Positions 21,292-34,434 are shown, counted from the first letter of the stretch. The stretch is 64,000 nt of DNA from Macrostomum hystrix (GCA_950097015.1 CATNEN010000039.1:2356001-2420000); one strand, 5' to 3'. The notes: generated from the sequence alone by a model not told the origin. Numbers and translations are program-made.

Positions 21292-23241
21292 TTAATTTCG
21301 CCACCACTTCCACTCGCAATCTTCGACCCGGTCGGCGCTAACTGGCCTTTCTGCATCTTCAAAGTCAGTCTCAATCATGCTCTTCTCTTTCTCATCGCTG
21401 GCTCCCAGATCCGGCACCCCGATGGAGCCCCTCGTTGCAATGTGCGACAGCGAAGACATGTCAGAGACGTCGCTGCAATGTTCGTGAAGCTGGGTCGCGG
21501 ACGAGTCCAGCGAGTTGTCCAGCCGGTTGACGCTGCTGGCGGCAACAACGTGATAAGAATCGTCCAGCGTGACTCGAATTTCCGGCACGCAAATGGCGCC
21601 CGCGTCTGTCGCAATGGCATCAGCGCCGGCATCGAAGTACCTTCTCCGGCGGCACTTCCTAAGGGCGGACCTACAAAAGCCTGGAAGACGCAGCGGTCCA
21701 AGAAGGTCCGCGTCATCGTCCAGCGTGTCAGGAAAGGGTCGTCGGGTTGCCGGCAGGAGAGTCGCCAGCGGGCAAGCAACAGCAGCGAGACCAGCGCAGG
21801 CAACGAGCTGCCAGACGCCGCCGTAGCCAGCGAACTCTACGAAGAAGCCAAACTGGACGCAGGCGATGCCCAAAGTGCCGAGGCAGGCGAAGCCGAATCC
21901 CACGCCAATAGCCTGATCGCGCACCGGCGCCGGTAGGAGCTGATTGGCTTGCAGCCAGGCCAGCTCTGCGGCTGGTGCTAGACAGGCGCGGCTGAGCAGA
22001 AGACACCAGAGGCGCCAGGCGCTGGGAGCGACCGACGCCATGCCCAGAGACGCAGCGCCGCATCCTAAAAGTCCGGAGATTACGACGCCGCCAGCTGTGG
22101 CGGTGGAACGCGGCGCAGCGAGCAAGCCGAACAGGAGCGCGGCAGCCAGCCGGCCAGCCAGCTCTGCGCAGCCGGCCACAGTCAGGCCGGCGTAGACGGC
22201 ATTCGCGCCGCCAACTTTGCCAACAGCCGCTGTCGACCAGCTGGTGACCAGGCCGAGGTGGGCAGCGCCAGTGGCGCCGAGGAGCAACCAGAGGAGCGCC
22301 GAGTTGCAACCAGCGGCAGGCGAGCGAGTCAGCAGGCGCCGCAACGGCAGTCGAATGGTTGTGGCGCGCTGTCCTCCGCGGGCTTCGTAGCCAAGTCGCT
22401 CGAGCAGGTCATCCAACTCGACGCCCGTTCGACTGACCTGGGCCATGCGTCGCAGAGCGGCGATGGCGGCGTCTGGGCGGCCGCGGCTGAGCAACCAGCG
22501 CGGCGACTCGGTGAGGCAGAGTCGCGTCAGCGGCAGCAGCAAGACAGCGATCCCGGCAGCAGCTGCCTCCGCAACTCGCCAATTCGGCGACCAATGAGCG
22601 ATGCCAGCCAGCAGGAAGGTCCCTCCAGTCCAGCCATTCATCATCAGCAAAAGGCTGGAAGGTCCGCAGTCACCACGATGCGGCGTCTCCAGATGCCAGA
22701 CCCGACTGACGCCGAGGAGGCCGGCGGTGGCAAAGCCGGCGAAGGCCCGAACGCCGGCCCGCGCCACGGGACCGTGTGCCAGAAGGGTGAGCGGCGCAGC
22801 GGTGGCGAGCTGGGCTGCGGCCAGCAAATGAGCGTGCCGGCGGCCCCAGTGGTCGGCCATCGGTGCGTAGGCAGCCGCGCCGCTCAGTAGGCCGATGCAA
22901 AACGCGGTGCGCAGTACAGACGTCCAAACGCAGTCTTTGTCGTCTTCGTCATCGGCTATGTGGCTCTCGTCGCCGTCAACACTCATTGTTGAATTGCCGG
23001 CAGTTGTTGGCGAGGCTGTCGAGAAAGTCTCTGGAATTGTCGTCCTAGTGCTAGCGGCGCAGCTGACCTCTCGGCTCAGCATGAGGATCTGCATCGCTGC
23101 GGCTCCCACTGACAGAGACATGAGGCACAGAAAGAGGCCCTGGTAGGCCTTGCGCCGGCCAACAATCTGCACGAAGCCGTCGTAGGTTGGAATGCTGCTA
23201 GGACGTGCCGCAGCTGCCGTGGCAGCCGCTGTTGACGACAT
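21292..23241 (-). CDS. SLC22-like organic ion transporter (MFS), intronless, 649 aa
   Basis: Multiple hydrophobic TM segments, a large Cys-flanked first loop, motifs ADHWGRR and ESPRWLL, degenerate QLLPAPVR and LLPAT motifs, and a long acidic C-terminal tail. Confidence 0.85.
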   Translation of the reverse strand: MSSTAAATAAAARPSSIPTYDGFVQIVGRRKAYQGLFLCLMSLSVGAAAMQILMLSREVSCAASTRTTIPETFSTASPTTAGNSTMSVDGDESHIADDEDDKDCVWTSVLRTAFCIGLLSGAAAYAPMADHWGRRHAHLLAAAQLATAAPLTLLAHGPVARAGVRAFAGFATAGLLGVSRVWHLETPHRGDCGPSSLLLMMNGWTGGTFLLAGIAHWSPNWRVAEAAAAGIAVLLLPLTRLCLTESPRWLLSRGRPDAAIAALRRMAQVSRTGVELDDLLERLGYEARGGQRATTIRLPLRRLLTRSPAAGCNSALLWLLLGATGAAHLGLVTSWSTAAVGKVGGANAVYAGLTVAGCAELAGRLAAALLFGLLAAPRSTATAGGVVISGLLGCGAASLGMASVAPSAWRLWCLLLSRACLAPAAELAWLQANQLLPAPVRDQAIGVGFGFACLGTLGIACVQFGFFVEFAGYGGVWQLVACAGLAAVACPLATLLPATRRPFPDTLDDDADLLGPLRLPGFCRSALRKCRRRRYFDAGADAIATDAGAICVPEIRVTLDDSYHVVAASSVNRLDNSLDSSATQLHEHCSDVSDMSSLSHIATRGSIGVPDLGASDEKEKSMIETDFEDAERPVSADRVEDCEWKWWRN

Positions 23242-23770
23242 TCTCTGAAGCTCGCTTTGTCCTGCTGCGACCTGATTTATATCACCACCTCCTACCGGAA
23301 TTTATCCCATTAAAATGGGAGAGCTTACTGTGGGCTCTTAGCCAATAAAGAGTCGGCAGCACTGCTTTCCTCGGCCTCTCTTTCCCAGTTCAAACCCATG
23401 CTGTGAGAGCCACTGAGACAGCAACTCAGTGCCGATTCTCGTTAACGCTGCTGCCATCTGTTTTGCAATTTCGAGAGCCTCATTTCCTTTTTCCTAGGCC
23501 GGCAATCAAGAGCGAGATCTCTCGTATTTCCAGTTCCTCGCCTCTGTCACTTGTCTGTGCTGATCCTGGGTGTATTTTTTAGGGCTTAACGTACCAAGCC
23601 ATTGTCTTCAAGGGCTATTCAAATTTGTTCCTACAGATGTGCCGGTGGCATTTTGTGCCGCGTTTAATAATGACATTTTCAGATTCAAAAAGGACGCTGT
23701 TTGAAAGGGTGATGTACAACACGGAATTAAGTGATTTACAGTTAATTCCGAGGCACTAGACTAGTCGACC

Positions 23771-24438
23771 AACCTACCTCAGTGACAGCCTACCTCAGTG
23801 ACAGCCCACCTCAGTGACAGCCTACCTCAGTGACAGCCTACCTCAGTAACAGCCCACCTCAGTGACAGCCCACCTCAGTGACAGCCCACCTCAGTGACAG
23901 CCAACCTCAGTGACAGCCCACCTCAGTGACAGCCCACCTCAGTGACAGCCCACCTCAGTGACAGCCCACCTCAGTAACAGCCTACCTCAGTAACAGCCTA
24001 CCTCAGTAACAGCCCACCTCAGTGACAGCCCACCTCAGTGACAGCCTACCTCAGTAACAGCCCACCTCAGTGACAGCCTACCTCAGTAACAGCCCACCTC
24101 AGTGACAGCCCACCTCAGTGACAGCCCACCTCAGTGACAGCCAACCTCAGTGACAGCCTACCTCAGTGACAGCCTACCTCAGTGACAGCCTACCTCACTC
24201 AGTGTGACAGCCTACCTCAGTGACAGCCTACCTCAGTGACAGCCTACCTCAGTGACAGCCTACCTCAGTGACAGCCTACCTCAGTGACAGCCTACCTCAG
24301 TGACAGCCTACCTCAGTGACAGCCTACCTCAGTGACAGCCTACCTCAGTGACAGCCTACCTCAGTGACAGCCTACCTCAGTGACAGCCTACCTCAGTGAC
24401 AGCCTACCTCAGTGATAGCCTACCTTGCCTCAGTGACA
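23771..24438. repeat. 16-bp minisatellite (CCTACCTCAGTGACAG)n
   Basis: Direct inspection; lies between the oxygenase and SLC22 genes. Confidence 0.97.
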
Positions 24439-24860
24439 CTCATGTTGTCAATGATTTTAATTATGCAATAAAAGGCCAGTGATGTTAAAGTGATTTTTAA
24501 TTAGCTGATTTATTAAGGTGCATGCAGGTATGCGATGCTCTTTCACTTCAGCCTTGAATCAGTCGAGGCGGCCTACCCGACCGAGAATAATACTACTCGT
24601 AGTAACGCTCGTATAAAGGCGGTGTACAAAGAGGATGATAAAAGAGCTATGAGGGGGGAGAAAAATAGATATTGGGTCAGTTTGCGCAGTTACGTGCAAG
24701 TGCAAATCTTGGATGTGTCAAAAGCTACTGTACTCGTGAATCATCGTCACTTCTGATAGAAAATTCTTAGGAAATAATAAATCCGAATTTGCAGGACTCT
24801 CGACTGAAGCAGCCGAGAAGTTAATAGAACATGATATTGATTGTATAGCCTAAGATGGCG

Positions 24861-27800
24861 TCAGACGAAGGCCTTTCCATGAAGGCGGTACGGCAGCCAG
24901 GTGGGCAGGTCCGCCTCGTTCACGAGAGTCATGTCGGTAGCGTTGAACACGCCAACGTAGCTAATATTTCGAGGCCCGTCCATCACCAGGGAGACCAGGT
25001 AGCCGTCATCCTCGTGGCTGGCGCCCCTACTGGGGTAGAACGCCGGCTCGCTGGGGTAGTGCCGATCCAGATACCAGGACCGGTCGCGGGTGGCATCGCA
25101 AAGTGACTTCTTCACCAGGCTAACCTTGGCCAGGTCGCGCGAGTCGCTCTTTAACAGCACGCCGTAGACAAAGCAGTAGGGCCGGTAGCGGTAGGCCTCG
25201 TTTATTACCGGCATCTCAAGGCTGCGGATGGGATCCTCTGGCCGGCTGTAGGGCACGTACAGCGGCTGGACGAGACCGGTGGACAGGTGAACCCGGTAGC
25301 GCCGAATGACGCTGTTCACTGGGATCTGGTTGCGTCGAACAGGGTCGCGAAGGCTACTCCGAGTGAGGCCCTGCAGGAAACCGAGGTCCGGATAGGCAGT
25401 GGCATCGACGATGACCGTGGCGGCTGAGGCATTGCCGGTCGCCAGGCCCTCCTCGTAAGCGTTGATGTGGTGCATGAGGAAGTGGCGGTCAACGATGGCA
25501 GCCTCTCCGGTTGCGCCGGTTCGCAGGTCCAGCCACAGCACCCGCATCGGCTGGTCGGGCCTCCAGTCCAATGACCGTACGGGATCTGCCGTCTCCACCA
25601 TAGACGCCATGTTGATGAAGAGCGGATTGAGGAACAGAAGGACGAAGCGTCTTGTGGCTGCAAAGCTGTGCATGTAGGAGGCCTGGTTCAGCTGCCAGGT
25701 GTGCAGAACCTGGCGCTCCGTGTCTGAGGTCATGCGCACAATGCTCACTGAGCAGCTCCACTCAGGCTGTAGCAACTTCCTGGGATCGATGGAGGTGACA
25801 AAGGTGAGAAAGAACTTCGTGCCCCACTCCGGCAGCGGATGGGCGGACGAGAGTCGGCTGAGGAAGCCCAGTATGTTGCTTGAGTCATCGTTTTCAAAGG
25901 CCTGCGCCTTGACGCAGCCCAGCGTGTCCAGGCTGACCGGGTCAAACTTGTAAGACCGGGTGATGTCGTTGAGAGCCAAATAGGCGCTCAAGCTTGAGTT
26001 CTGTTGGCTTGGCAGGCGGAGCACGTTCACGTTCATGTTGTCCAGGCCGTGCAGCAGCGAGAGTGCGCGCTGCAGGACGCTGAAGGCCGGCTCGACGCCG
26101 TCAAAGAACAAGTACGGCGCGATGTCGTTGCGTCGCAGCGACTGCTCAAATACTTCTGTGCGGAGGAACTTCATGCTGAAGTTGGCCCGACGGCTGCCTG
26201 AGTGAAATGAAATCATTAAATTATTTTCCCTTGAAGTTTAGTCTTTCGCCAAAGCAAAACTGAGTTCTGGTTGTCGAAAGTTTCTTGTCAAGTAGCTAGA
26301 GAGTAGAAAGACCGCACGATTTCCGCTCCCTGGACCACGGGGGCATTTCAAATACCCGCTGCCTACTTCACTACAGCTCTCATGACCGAATGACCGATTT
26401 TTGTTAAAGTCCACCACAACAGGGATATAAATTTTCTGCCCTTTTCGTTCGATGAACTGGCTTTCAAAGCCGTCCGACGGCAGCATCGTCGTGACATTCA
26501 GCGATGTCGAAGACCCTGGTGACAACTAACATTGCTCTGCATCCTTGAATATCTCAACGATGCTGTTTTGTGATTCTGGAAGTTGTTTCATCGGATTGAG
26601 CGGAAAATTTTAACCTGTGTTCTGCATTTCCATGGCGATTCGGTGGAATATTTTAGGGGATAAGGAAAAAATGTGGGTATTTGAAATACCCCCGTGGTAT
26701 TTCCACACTCCACAAGGAGCCTTCTAAAGGAGCTTTCATACGCCCTGAATTTCATAAAATCTCAAATTTTCGAAATGTCGAACTGGTTTGAGACACATGC
26801 GCGCAGCTTCGGTGCACAAGCACGTTCAACATTTACTGTTTCTGTTTTTAGAACTTTCTGAGCATTCTAAAGGCCGGTAAACAAAACCAGGAAATTCCTA
26901 GCAGCCTTACCTGCTACAAAGTCAATCTTCGTCAGCTTTGCCAGGCCGTCGAATGGGTGCACGAAGCTGCGGTAGGCGAAATCGAATAGGCCCATGCCGT
27001 TGTGAATCTACAGGTGGAAATGGCATTTTCTAAAGTTTGCACCTGATACAGGATTGGATGTGTGAGCTAGGTCAACACAGATCTAGTTCCTGACTCCACA
27101 GCATCTAGTTCCTGACTCCACAGCATCTAGTTCCTGTCTCAACAGCATCTAGTTCCTGTCTCAACAGCATCTAGTTCCTGACTCCACAGCATCTAGTTCC
27201 TGTCTCAACAGCATCTAGTTCCTGTCTCAACAGCATCTAGTTCCTGACTCCACAGCATCTAGTTCCTGACTCCACAGCATCTAGTTCCTGACTCCACAGC
27301 ATCTAGTTCCTGACTCCACAGCATCTAGTTCCTGTCTCAACAGCATCTAGTTCCTGTCTCAACAGCATCTAGTTCCTGACTCCACAGCATCTAGTTCCTG
27401 TCTCAACATCATCTAGTTCCTGTCTCAACAGCATCTAGTTCCTGTCTACACAACATCATCTAGTTCCTGTCTCAACAGCATCTAGTTCCTGACTCCACAG
27501 CATCTAGTTCCTGTCTCAACAGCATCTAGTTCCTGTCTCAACAGCATCTAGTTCCTGTCTCAACAGCATCTAGTTCCTGTCTACACAGCATCTAGTTCCT
27601 GTCTACACAGCATCTAGTTCCTGTCTACACAGCATCTAGTTCCTGTCTACACAGCATCTAGTTCCTGTCTCAACAGCATCTAGTTCCTGTCTCAACAGCA
27701 TCTAGTTCCTGTCTCAACAGCATCTACACAGTTTTACCATTGAGCCCCGCAGTTCAGGTGGCATAGTTCTTTTGAACATTATTGGCCGGCTGCTGAACTG

Positions 27801-27902
27801 ATCGTAGGAGTTTGAGAACAGAAGCTCAAAGCTGTCCATTGAATTAGCTATGCCAAACAGCGGCAGCAGCAGCAGCAGCAGCAACCGTCTCCTGCAATCC
27901 AT
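24861..27902 (-). CDS. Carotenoid cleavage oxygenase (BCO/RPE65/NinaB superfamily), 3 exons, about 532 aa, with N-terminal signal-peptide-like segment
   Basis: Exons 27902-27738, 27007-26911 (IHNGMGLF...HPFDGLA) and 26197-24861, phases 0 and 1. All four Fe-binding His contexts are present: SAHP, YMHSF, MHHINAYEE, RLHG. Also EMPVIN and YPSEPAF..EDDGYLVS. Confidence 0.92.
27080..27730. repeat. 22-bp minisatellite (CAGCATCTAGTTCCTGTCTCAA)n filling oxygenase intron 1
   Basis: Direct inspection. Confidence 0.97.
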
Positions 27903-28503
27903 ACGGCAGCGATATGTACAGAGAAGGCGGCGGGGGTGCTGGAAGGCAGACAGTTTGCTTAGCACAACGGCCCCGACAGAAGCGATAGAAGAGAGCACGA
28001 AGCAGTCCAGCTCCCAGCCGTTAGTCGCAGAGATGTTCATTTCCGACCAGCTTTTATACGAAATGCCTGACTAACCCTGGGCCCGCTCCACTCACTCGCT
28101 CACTGGCTGCGGCAGCTTTGGAGGGCCTGTTACGTAATAGATCACCGGGGGCCCACCCCAAAGGGCAAACCCAGGGCTGCGTATTAAGCTGTCTATCAGT
28201 GGAAGGGGTCGGCTGTGCCTTATGCACCCAGCCGTTTCATATCGCCGGAGCAGCGCTGCACCCAGAGTGCTTCAAGGGGGGCCCAAGGGTCGACTTCTGC
28301 TCGAGCCGCACCTGCAGCGAGTTAAACAAGTTCGCACTGTACCGAATTTTCTGCCAATCCTGGCACAAATTTCGTGCGACCTTGCAGTGTTATGCGCAAT
28401 TGTTATGCCCAGTACTAAGTGAATTGTGCACGGCGTCTTGAGGTTTGAGAAGCGTTACAGGCATTGCATCGATACGTTAAAGTACGATAGTAGTTGAGAT
28501 TCG

Positions 28504-29548
28504 TTGAGATTAAGATCCATCATAATATTGAGACTTAGATGTGTCATATTGAGACTTAGATGTGTCATATTGAGATTTAGATGTGTCATATTGAGATTTA
28601 GATGTGTCATATTGAGATTTAGATGTGTCATATTGAGATTTAGATGTGTCATATTGAGACTTAGATGTGTCATATTGAGACTTAGATCTGTCATATTGAG
28701 ACTTAGATGTGTCATATTGAGATTTAGATGTGTCATATTGAGACTTAGATGTGTCATATTGAGACTTAGATGTGTCATATTGAGACTCAGATCTGTCATA
28801 TTGAGACTTAGATGTGTCATATTGAGACTTAGATGTGTCATATTGAGACTTAGATGTGTCATATTGAGACTTAGATGTGTCATATTGAGACTTAGATCTG
28901 TCATATTGAGACTTAGATGTGTCATATTGAGACTTAGATGTGTCATTTTGAGACTTAGATGTGTCATATTGAGACTTAGATGTGTCATATTGAGACTTAT
29001 ATGTGTCATTTTGAGACTTAGATGTGTCATATTGAGACTTAGATCTGTCATATTGATATTTAGATCTGTCATATTGAGACTTAGATCTGTCATATTGAGA
29101 CTTAGATCTGTCATATTGATATTTAGATCTGTCATATTGAGACTTAGATCTGTCATATTGAGACTTAGATCTGTCATATTGAGACTTAGATCTGTCATAT
29201 TGAGACTTAGATCTGTCATATTGAGACTTAGATCTGTCATATTGAGACTTAGATCTGTCATATTGATATTTAGATCTGTCATATTGAGACTTAGATCTGT
29301 CATATTGAGACTTAGATCTGTCATATTGAGACTTAGATCTGTCATATTGAGATTTAGATCTGTCATATTGAGACTTAGATCTGTCATATTGAGACTTAGA
29401 TGTGTCATATTGAGACTTAGATCTGTCATATTGAGACTTAGATCTGTCATATTGAGACTTAGATCTGTCATATTGAGACTTAGATGTGTCATATTGAGAC
29501 TTAGATGTGTCATATTGAGACTTAGATGTGTCATAATATTGAGATCTA
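28504..29548. repeat. 21-bp minisatellite (ATATTGAGACTTAGAT[G/C]TGTC)n
   Basis: Direct inspection. Confidence 0.98.
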
Positions 29549-31152
29549 ATATTGAGGTTTTTATCGTTTGAGCAACAGGCATATATAATGAACAGTTGCA
29601 AGAAAATTGCGGAAGAAACCAAAAGAGGCTAATCTATATTCCGGGTACCACTTCAGTTTTGCCATGGTATTTGCACCTGCCACCTTAGGTGCGAAATGCA
29701 CTGGAATCTCCAAAAATCAAGAGAATTGTCTGATTTGGCACAATAGTGCATGTCAATAGCACGGTGAACAGGTGTCGCCGTTCAGCACGCTGTGTAAATC
29801 CTTGGCTGATCAGCAGAAAACTAATAATACTTCCGGGTTCCTGAGACCTGCCGCGGCTGCAAATTGGCTTTGCGGCACGTGCGAAGATAAGGATGCTAAA
29901 TCTAGCTTGATTGGATCAACTGTGCTTTTTGTTTACTTCAACTGGCCAAGTGTACTTTGAGAGTTCGGTCAGCGATCGATGTGCAGAAGGCCAGTAGACA
30001 CCGAAGACATTGCTGATTGGCGGTAAAGGGTGCACTGAATGTATTAGCGCTTCTGTGAAAATCGTTGAATATCTTGACTTTCTAGAGTCTTGGCGACCTG
30101 ATTCTTGGTTCAAAAAACTTGGCCCGTGTAATATTAATTCGCGTTTATACTGTACAAGTGCGTGCATAATATAATGGCTATATGTGCGCAAGCATTATTC
30201 TTCGGAGAGTTGGAGAGGGCTAAATATAGGGTAAGAAAAGAAGGACTGAATCTAAGTGTACATGTACTGGAGCCAGATCAGATGTACATATGGTCAGGCA
30301 GCGGCAAGCACGGAGTGGCGGAGTGGGGTGGGTAAGGCAAGGGGCTAGCGGGTGAGAAGAGAATGTATCCTAAATGTACATATTATGTACATTAGACTTC
30401 ATGAATGAACTGAAAGCACTGGGCGGCTTCTCTAAGAAGAAGAAATGACGCAACAAGGACGAAAATGCTTGCTTAAAAGTAATTTGCGAGACAATATTAG
30501 ATCCAGATTGCGAGACGGCGGCTATTGTGACAGTCTAAACTGTTTTACAAGGGATTTGTCGTATTCCTAGACGAGATGCTCCACCAGACAAGAAGCCTGG
30601 CAGTGTTGCTGGCTGTAGGGTAGCGAAATGCTCAACAGGCTTCCGCTTGCAGTCCTACCTACAATTCTGTCAATTTGATTAAGGCTTTGTGTAGGCCGCC
30701 GAAGCAGATTGCAGATTTCGTGCTGTGGGGAATTTTTTAAACCAAAATCTAGGATAAATGGGCGTTTTTTGTTATTTTTTAAACAGGCCTAAAAGCACCA
30801 AAGGCGCTTGGCTCTTCGTTTCAAACCTCCCGCAGCCGTTCACCGCTTCAATAGGTAAGAATAATGAGCGGGTAGAGATGGGACTTGCCGGCTGGGAATG
30901 CCGCTTTAACTAATCTATCAATTTTTTACCTGCAGCTGCTGCAACTGCTACTTGAACAATGGCGCTTATATTTTCAATATCTGCTTTCGCCGGGTTAGCA
31001 AGTCTTCGACTGCCAGAATGTTTTGCTGTTTGTCTCTGGGAAATTTCCTACCTCAAAACTCAAAGCTCCTTATCAATTCAGAATGAGTGCTGCAGCCACG
31101 ACTAGGCCAGCCATGGAATTACCGACAAGGGAGAAACAATGACTAAAAGGGA

Positions 31153-31976
31153 AGGAATGAATAGAATGAGCAGATAAATGATAATAATGAGCAAAGGAAT
31201 GATTAGAATGAGCAGATAAATGATAATAATGAGCAAAGGAATGATTAGAAGGAGCAGATAAATGATAATAATGAGCAAAGGAATGATTAGAAGGAGCAGA
31301 TAAATGATAATAATGAGCAAAGGAATGAATATAATGAGCAAAGGAATGAATAGAATGAGCAAAGGAATGAATATAATGAGCAAAGGAATGAATAGAATGA
31401 GCAAAGGAATGAATAGAATGAGCAAAGGAATGAATAGAATGAGCAAAGGAATGAATAGAATGAGCAAAGGAATTGAATAGAATGAGCAAAGGAATGAATA
31501 TAATGAGCAAAGGAATGAATAGAATGAGCAAAGGAATGAATAGAATGAGCAAAGGAATGAATAGAATGAGCAAAGGAATTGAATAGAATGAGCAAAGGAA
31601 TGAATATAATGAGCAAAGGAATGAATAGAATGAGAAAAGGAATGAATAGAATGAGCAAAGGAATGAATAGAATGAGCAAAGGAATGAATATAATCAGCAA
31701 AGGAATGAATAGAATGAGCAAAGGAATGAATAGAATGAGCAAAAGAATTGAATAGAATGAGCAAAGGAATGAATATAATGAGCAAAGGAATTGAATAGAA
31801 TGAGCAAAGGAATGAATAGAATGAGCAAAGGAATTGAATAGAATGAGCAAAGGAATGAATATAATGAGCAAAGGAATGAATAGAATGAGCAAAGGAATGA
31901 ATATAATGAGCAAAGGAATGAATAGAATGAGCAAAGGAATGAATAGAATGAGCAAAGGAATGAATATAATGAGCAA
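31153..31976. repeat. 21-bp purine-rich minisatellite (GAATGAATAGAATGAGCAAAG)n with a 39-bp variant at the left end
   Basis: Direct inspection. Confidence 0.96.
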
Positions 31977-32724
31977 CGAAACGATCTTATTTCGCAAATG
32001 AACGCAAAACAGAGAACATGAAACTGGATTAGAAAAAAGCAGAGGGGCCGATAAGCAGTCGGTGGTGAATGAGTCACCCGTGACACCTCAATGTTCAAGC
32101 AAGATCAAAGTGATAATGCTAGCTGGCTCACGTTAGAGTGGCTGGTTGTCGCCTTCAGCTCAGTTGTTGATAAGGGGAATCAAACCGAGAGGTCAAAAAT
32201 GCAAAAAATCGGTGCAAAAGGTCAAAATGAAGGCCCATTGAAGCTAATTTCTCCTGTTTTTTGATAATTTCTGATAAAAACTCCACCAGTGCTAACACAA
32301 AATGTTGGTGCCTTTTTTCAAACACTTATCATTTTTGCTTTATCTAATAGGACTTTCACAATGGCAACACAAGCGATCAATATTTATTTATTGCCTCTTT
32401 TGATATAACAAAAGTTAATAAATATACAACAAGCAGTGGAAACAGACCAGCTACTTAAACATAGCTTGTGCGAAATCTCACAGACTGCACATCACAGGTG
32501 GAAATAATTACTCAGTTACACAATAACTTAGTACAAAATGTAAATATATAAGAGGCGGAAAAATAGTTGTGACTATAAAAACTAACACAAAAATAACAGT
32601 AAGCAGCAATTATTCTTCCTCCTTACATCCATTAAACAGCATTCTACGAATTTATACCGTCATTTCGTAGCACTAGACTTCTTTCGTTAGGAATAATTCA
32701 GCCAGATTCCCTTTTAGTGCAATG

Positions 32725-32955
32725 TACATTCTACGAGACTTTCCTACCCCTGCTTGCATCCACCCCACTCCATCAGCCTACATAATGCGATCTCGATCGT
32801 CTTATTCTGCAGCATGTACATTCTACGCGGTTTTTCTACCCCTGCGTGTACCCACCCCACTCCCTCAGCCTATGCAATCTCCCTCGTCTTTACTTAACAG
32901 TTTGTTAGTTCTACGATATTTTCCTACCCCTGCGTGCACCCACCCCACTCCCTCA
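32725..32955. repeat. Degenerate triplication, period about 92 bp (TTCTACG..TTTCCTACCCCTGC..CACCCCACTCC)
   Basis: Three diverged copies near 32727, 32820 and 32910. Confidence 0.75.
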
Positions 32956-33887
32956 CAACAAAATCACGCTAAGCGAAGACCGAGTAGGACTCAAGCAGCA
33001 CTATAGAAGAATACTGTTGACCACACGTAGCTGTTGACCAAGAAGGCAGCATCGGCCTGGGTCATAGTGTAACTGGCCTCGAAAATGAATCAAAATTCGA
33101 GCTGCTATTGCGAGACAATTCAAAAAAAGGAAAAATACGAGATCGAATTGTGACTAGGATGAGCTAGGTACAAGACAATCGTTGAACTGGAGTGAAAGGC
33201 AAAGCTTTCGTGCCAGAAATTAACAAGCAAAACTAGCTCTGGTTGCGAACTGCAAACTTGAAAAATTTCATTTGAAGGAGAAACAAATAATGAGTAAAAT
33301 AGTTATTGCACAACAAGGGCGAGAAAATAAAACTATAAATTCAACTATAATGATTAGCTTATCCAATCAAACAGAGCTGTATGTACATGTACTGCATTGG
33401 GTGTAGGCTGAGCAAGTACAAATTAAACCAAACACAACAGACTCGGATATCAGTCAAGCGCAATGTACGGCAGATAAAAACTAAGCAGGACATCTAACAC
33501 ACAGTTTAAAAACCCAAAGTAAAACTTTGACTAAAATACAAAATCAACTAAAAATGAGCTCATTCTTCGCATGGATAAAAACTTAAATAAAAAACACATG
33601 CAAATTAGGGCTAATTTATTCTACTGATCCAGAGAAAATAACAACAACAACAACAACAACAACAACAATAAAAGTACGAGTAATAACAAAGGCCCGTTAT
33701 TTCAAGCGGCGCTTTTAAATTTACAGAGAAACTGGCGGATTGCGATATAAAAATGCTATTTAGATCTTTATCTGACTCCTAGAATTTTTACCCCCGCGGC
33801 AGTAGTAAGTACGGCGTTGTTTTCTATACCACGAAAAAGATTGAAAACTGCCTCAGCCTAAAGGAACCGCAGAGGGTCCGAAACCAG

Positions 33888-33975
33888 CTAGCAGCTGATT
33901 GGTCAGGCCGCCAGGGTCTGGATAGCAGCTGATTGGTCAGGCCGCCAGGGTCTGGATAGCAGCTGATTGGTCAGG
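33888..33975. repeat. 34-bp repeat, about 2.5 copies, immediately after the rdgB stop codon
   Basis: Unit TAGCAGCTGATTGGTCAGGCCGCCAGGGTCTGGA. Confidence 0.9.
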
Positions 33976-33976
33976 A

Positions 33977-34382
33977 TCATTTACTGACGCTGGCGTTGGA
34001 GTCGAAGCTACGACCAATCAGCGGAGAGGCACCGCGGGGCGGCGCCACGCGTCCTCGAATCGAGTCGCCAATGTTGCTGGGGTCCAGGAGCTGCTGCTGC
34101 TGAATAGAATCCCCAATGGCTACTTCCGGTGCCCCTGCCGTTGCTATGGAAGACGAAACTGCCGCAGCAGGGGAACCTCGGCCGCTGGAGGAGCCGCCAC
34201 CAACGCCGCCTCCAGCGCCAAGAGTTGACGCGGACTGCGGCAGGCCGAAACAGCCGCGCCGAAGCACGTGCCGGCCGGGGCCCTGGGCCGGTCTGGAGCA
34301 CTCGTGCTGGGCCGACTGCAGAGCCGACAGGTGCGCCGCGTAGCCCTCGGTGAGGATCTGCCAGGATAGGAGGGAACCCAGT

Positions 34383-34434
<52 letters not shown>

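Noticed and set aside
21220-23146. Antisense and alternative-frame ORFs over SLC22 (similar ones over USP, the oxygenase and rdgB)
   Set aside because: Expected shadow ORFs of GC-rich coding sequence, with no motifs.
26238-26525. 95-aa ORF in oxygenase intron 2
   Set aside because: No recognisable motif, non-ATG start, and the flanking exons join in frame without it.
28455-29622. 355-375 aa ORFs on both strands, one with a hydrophobic N-terminus
   Set aside because: They are 21-bp array translations open in several frames and strands, and the signal-like start uses a non-ATG codon.
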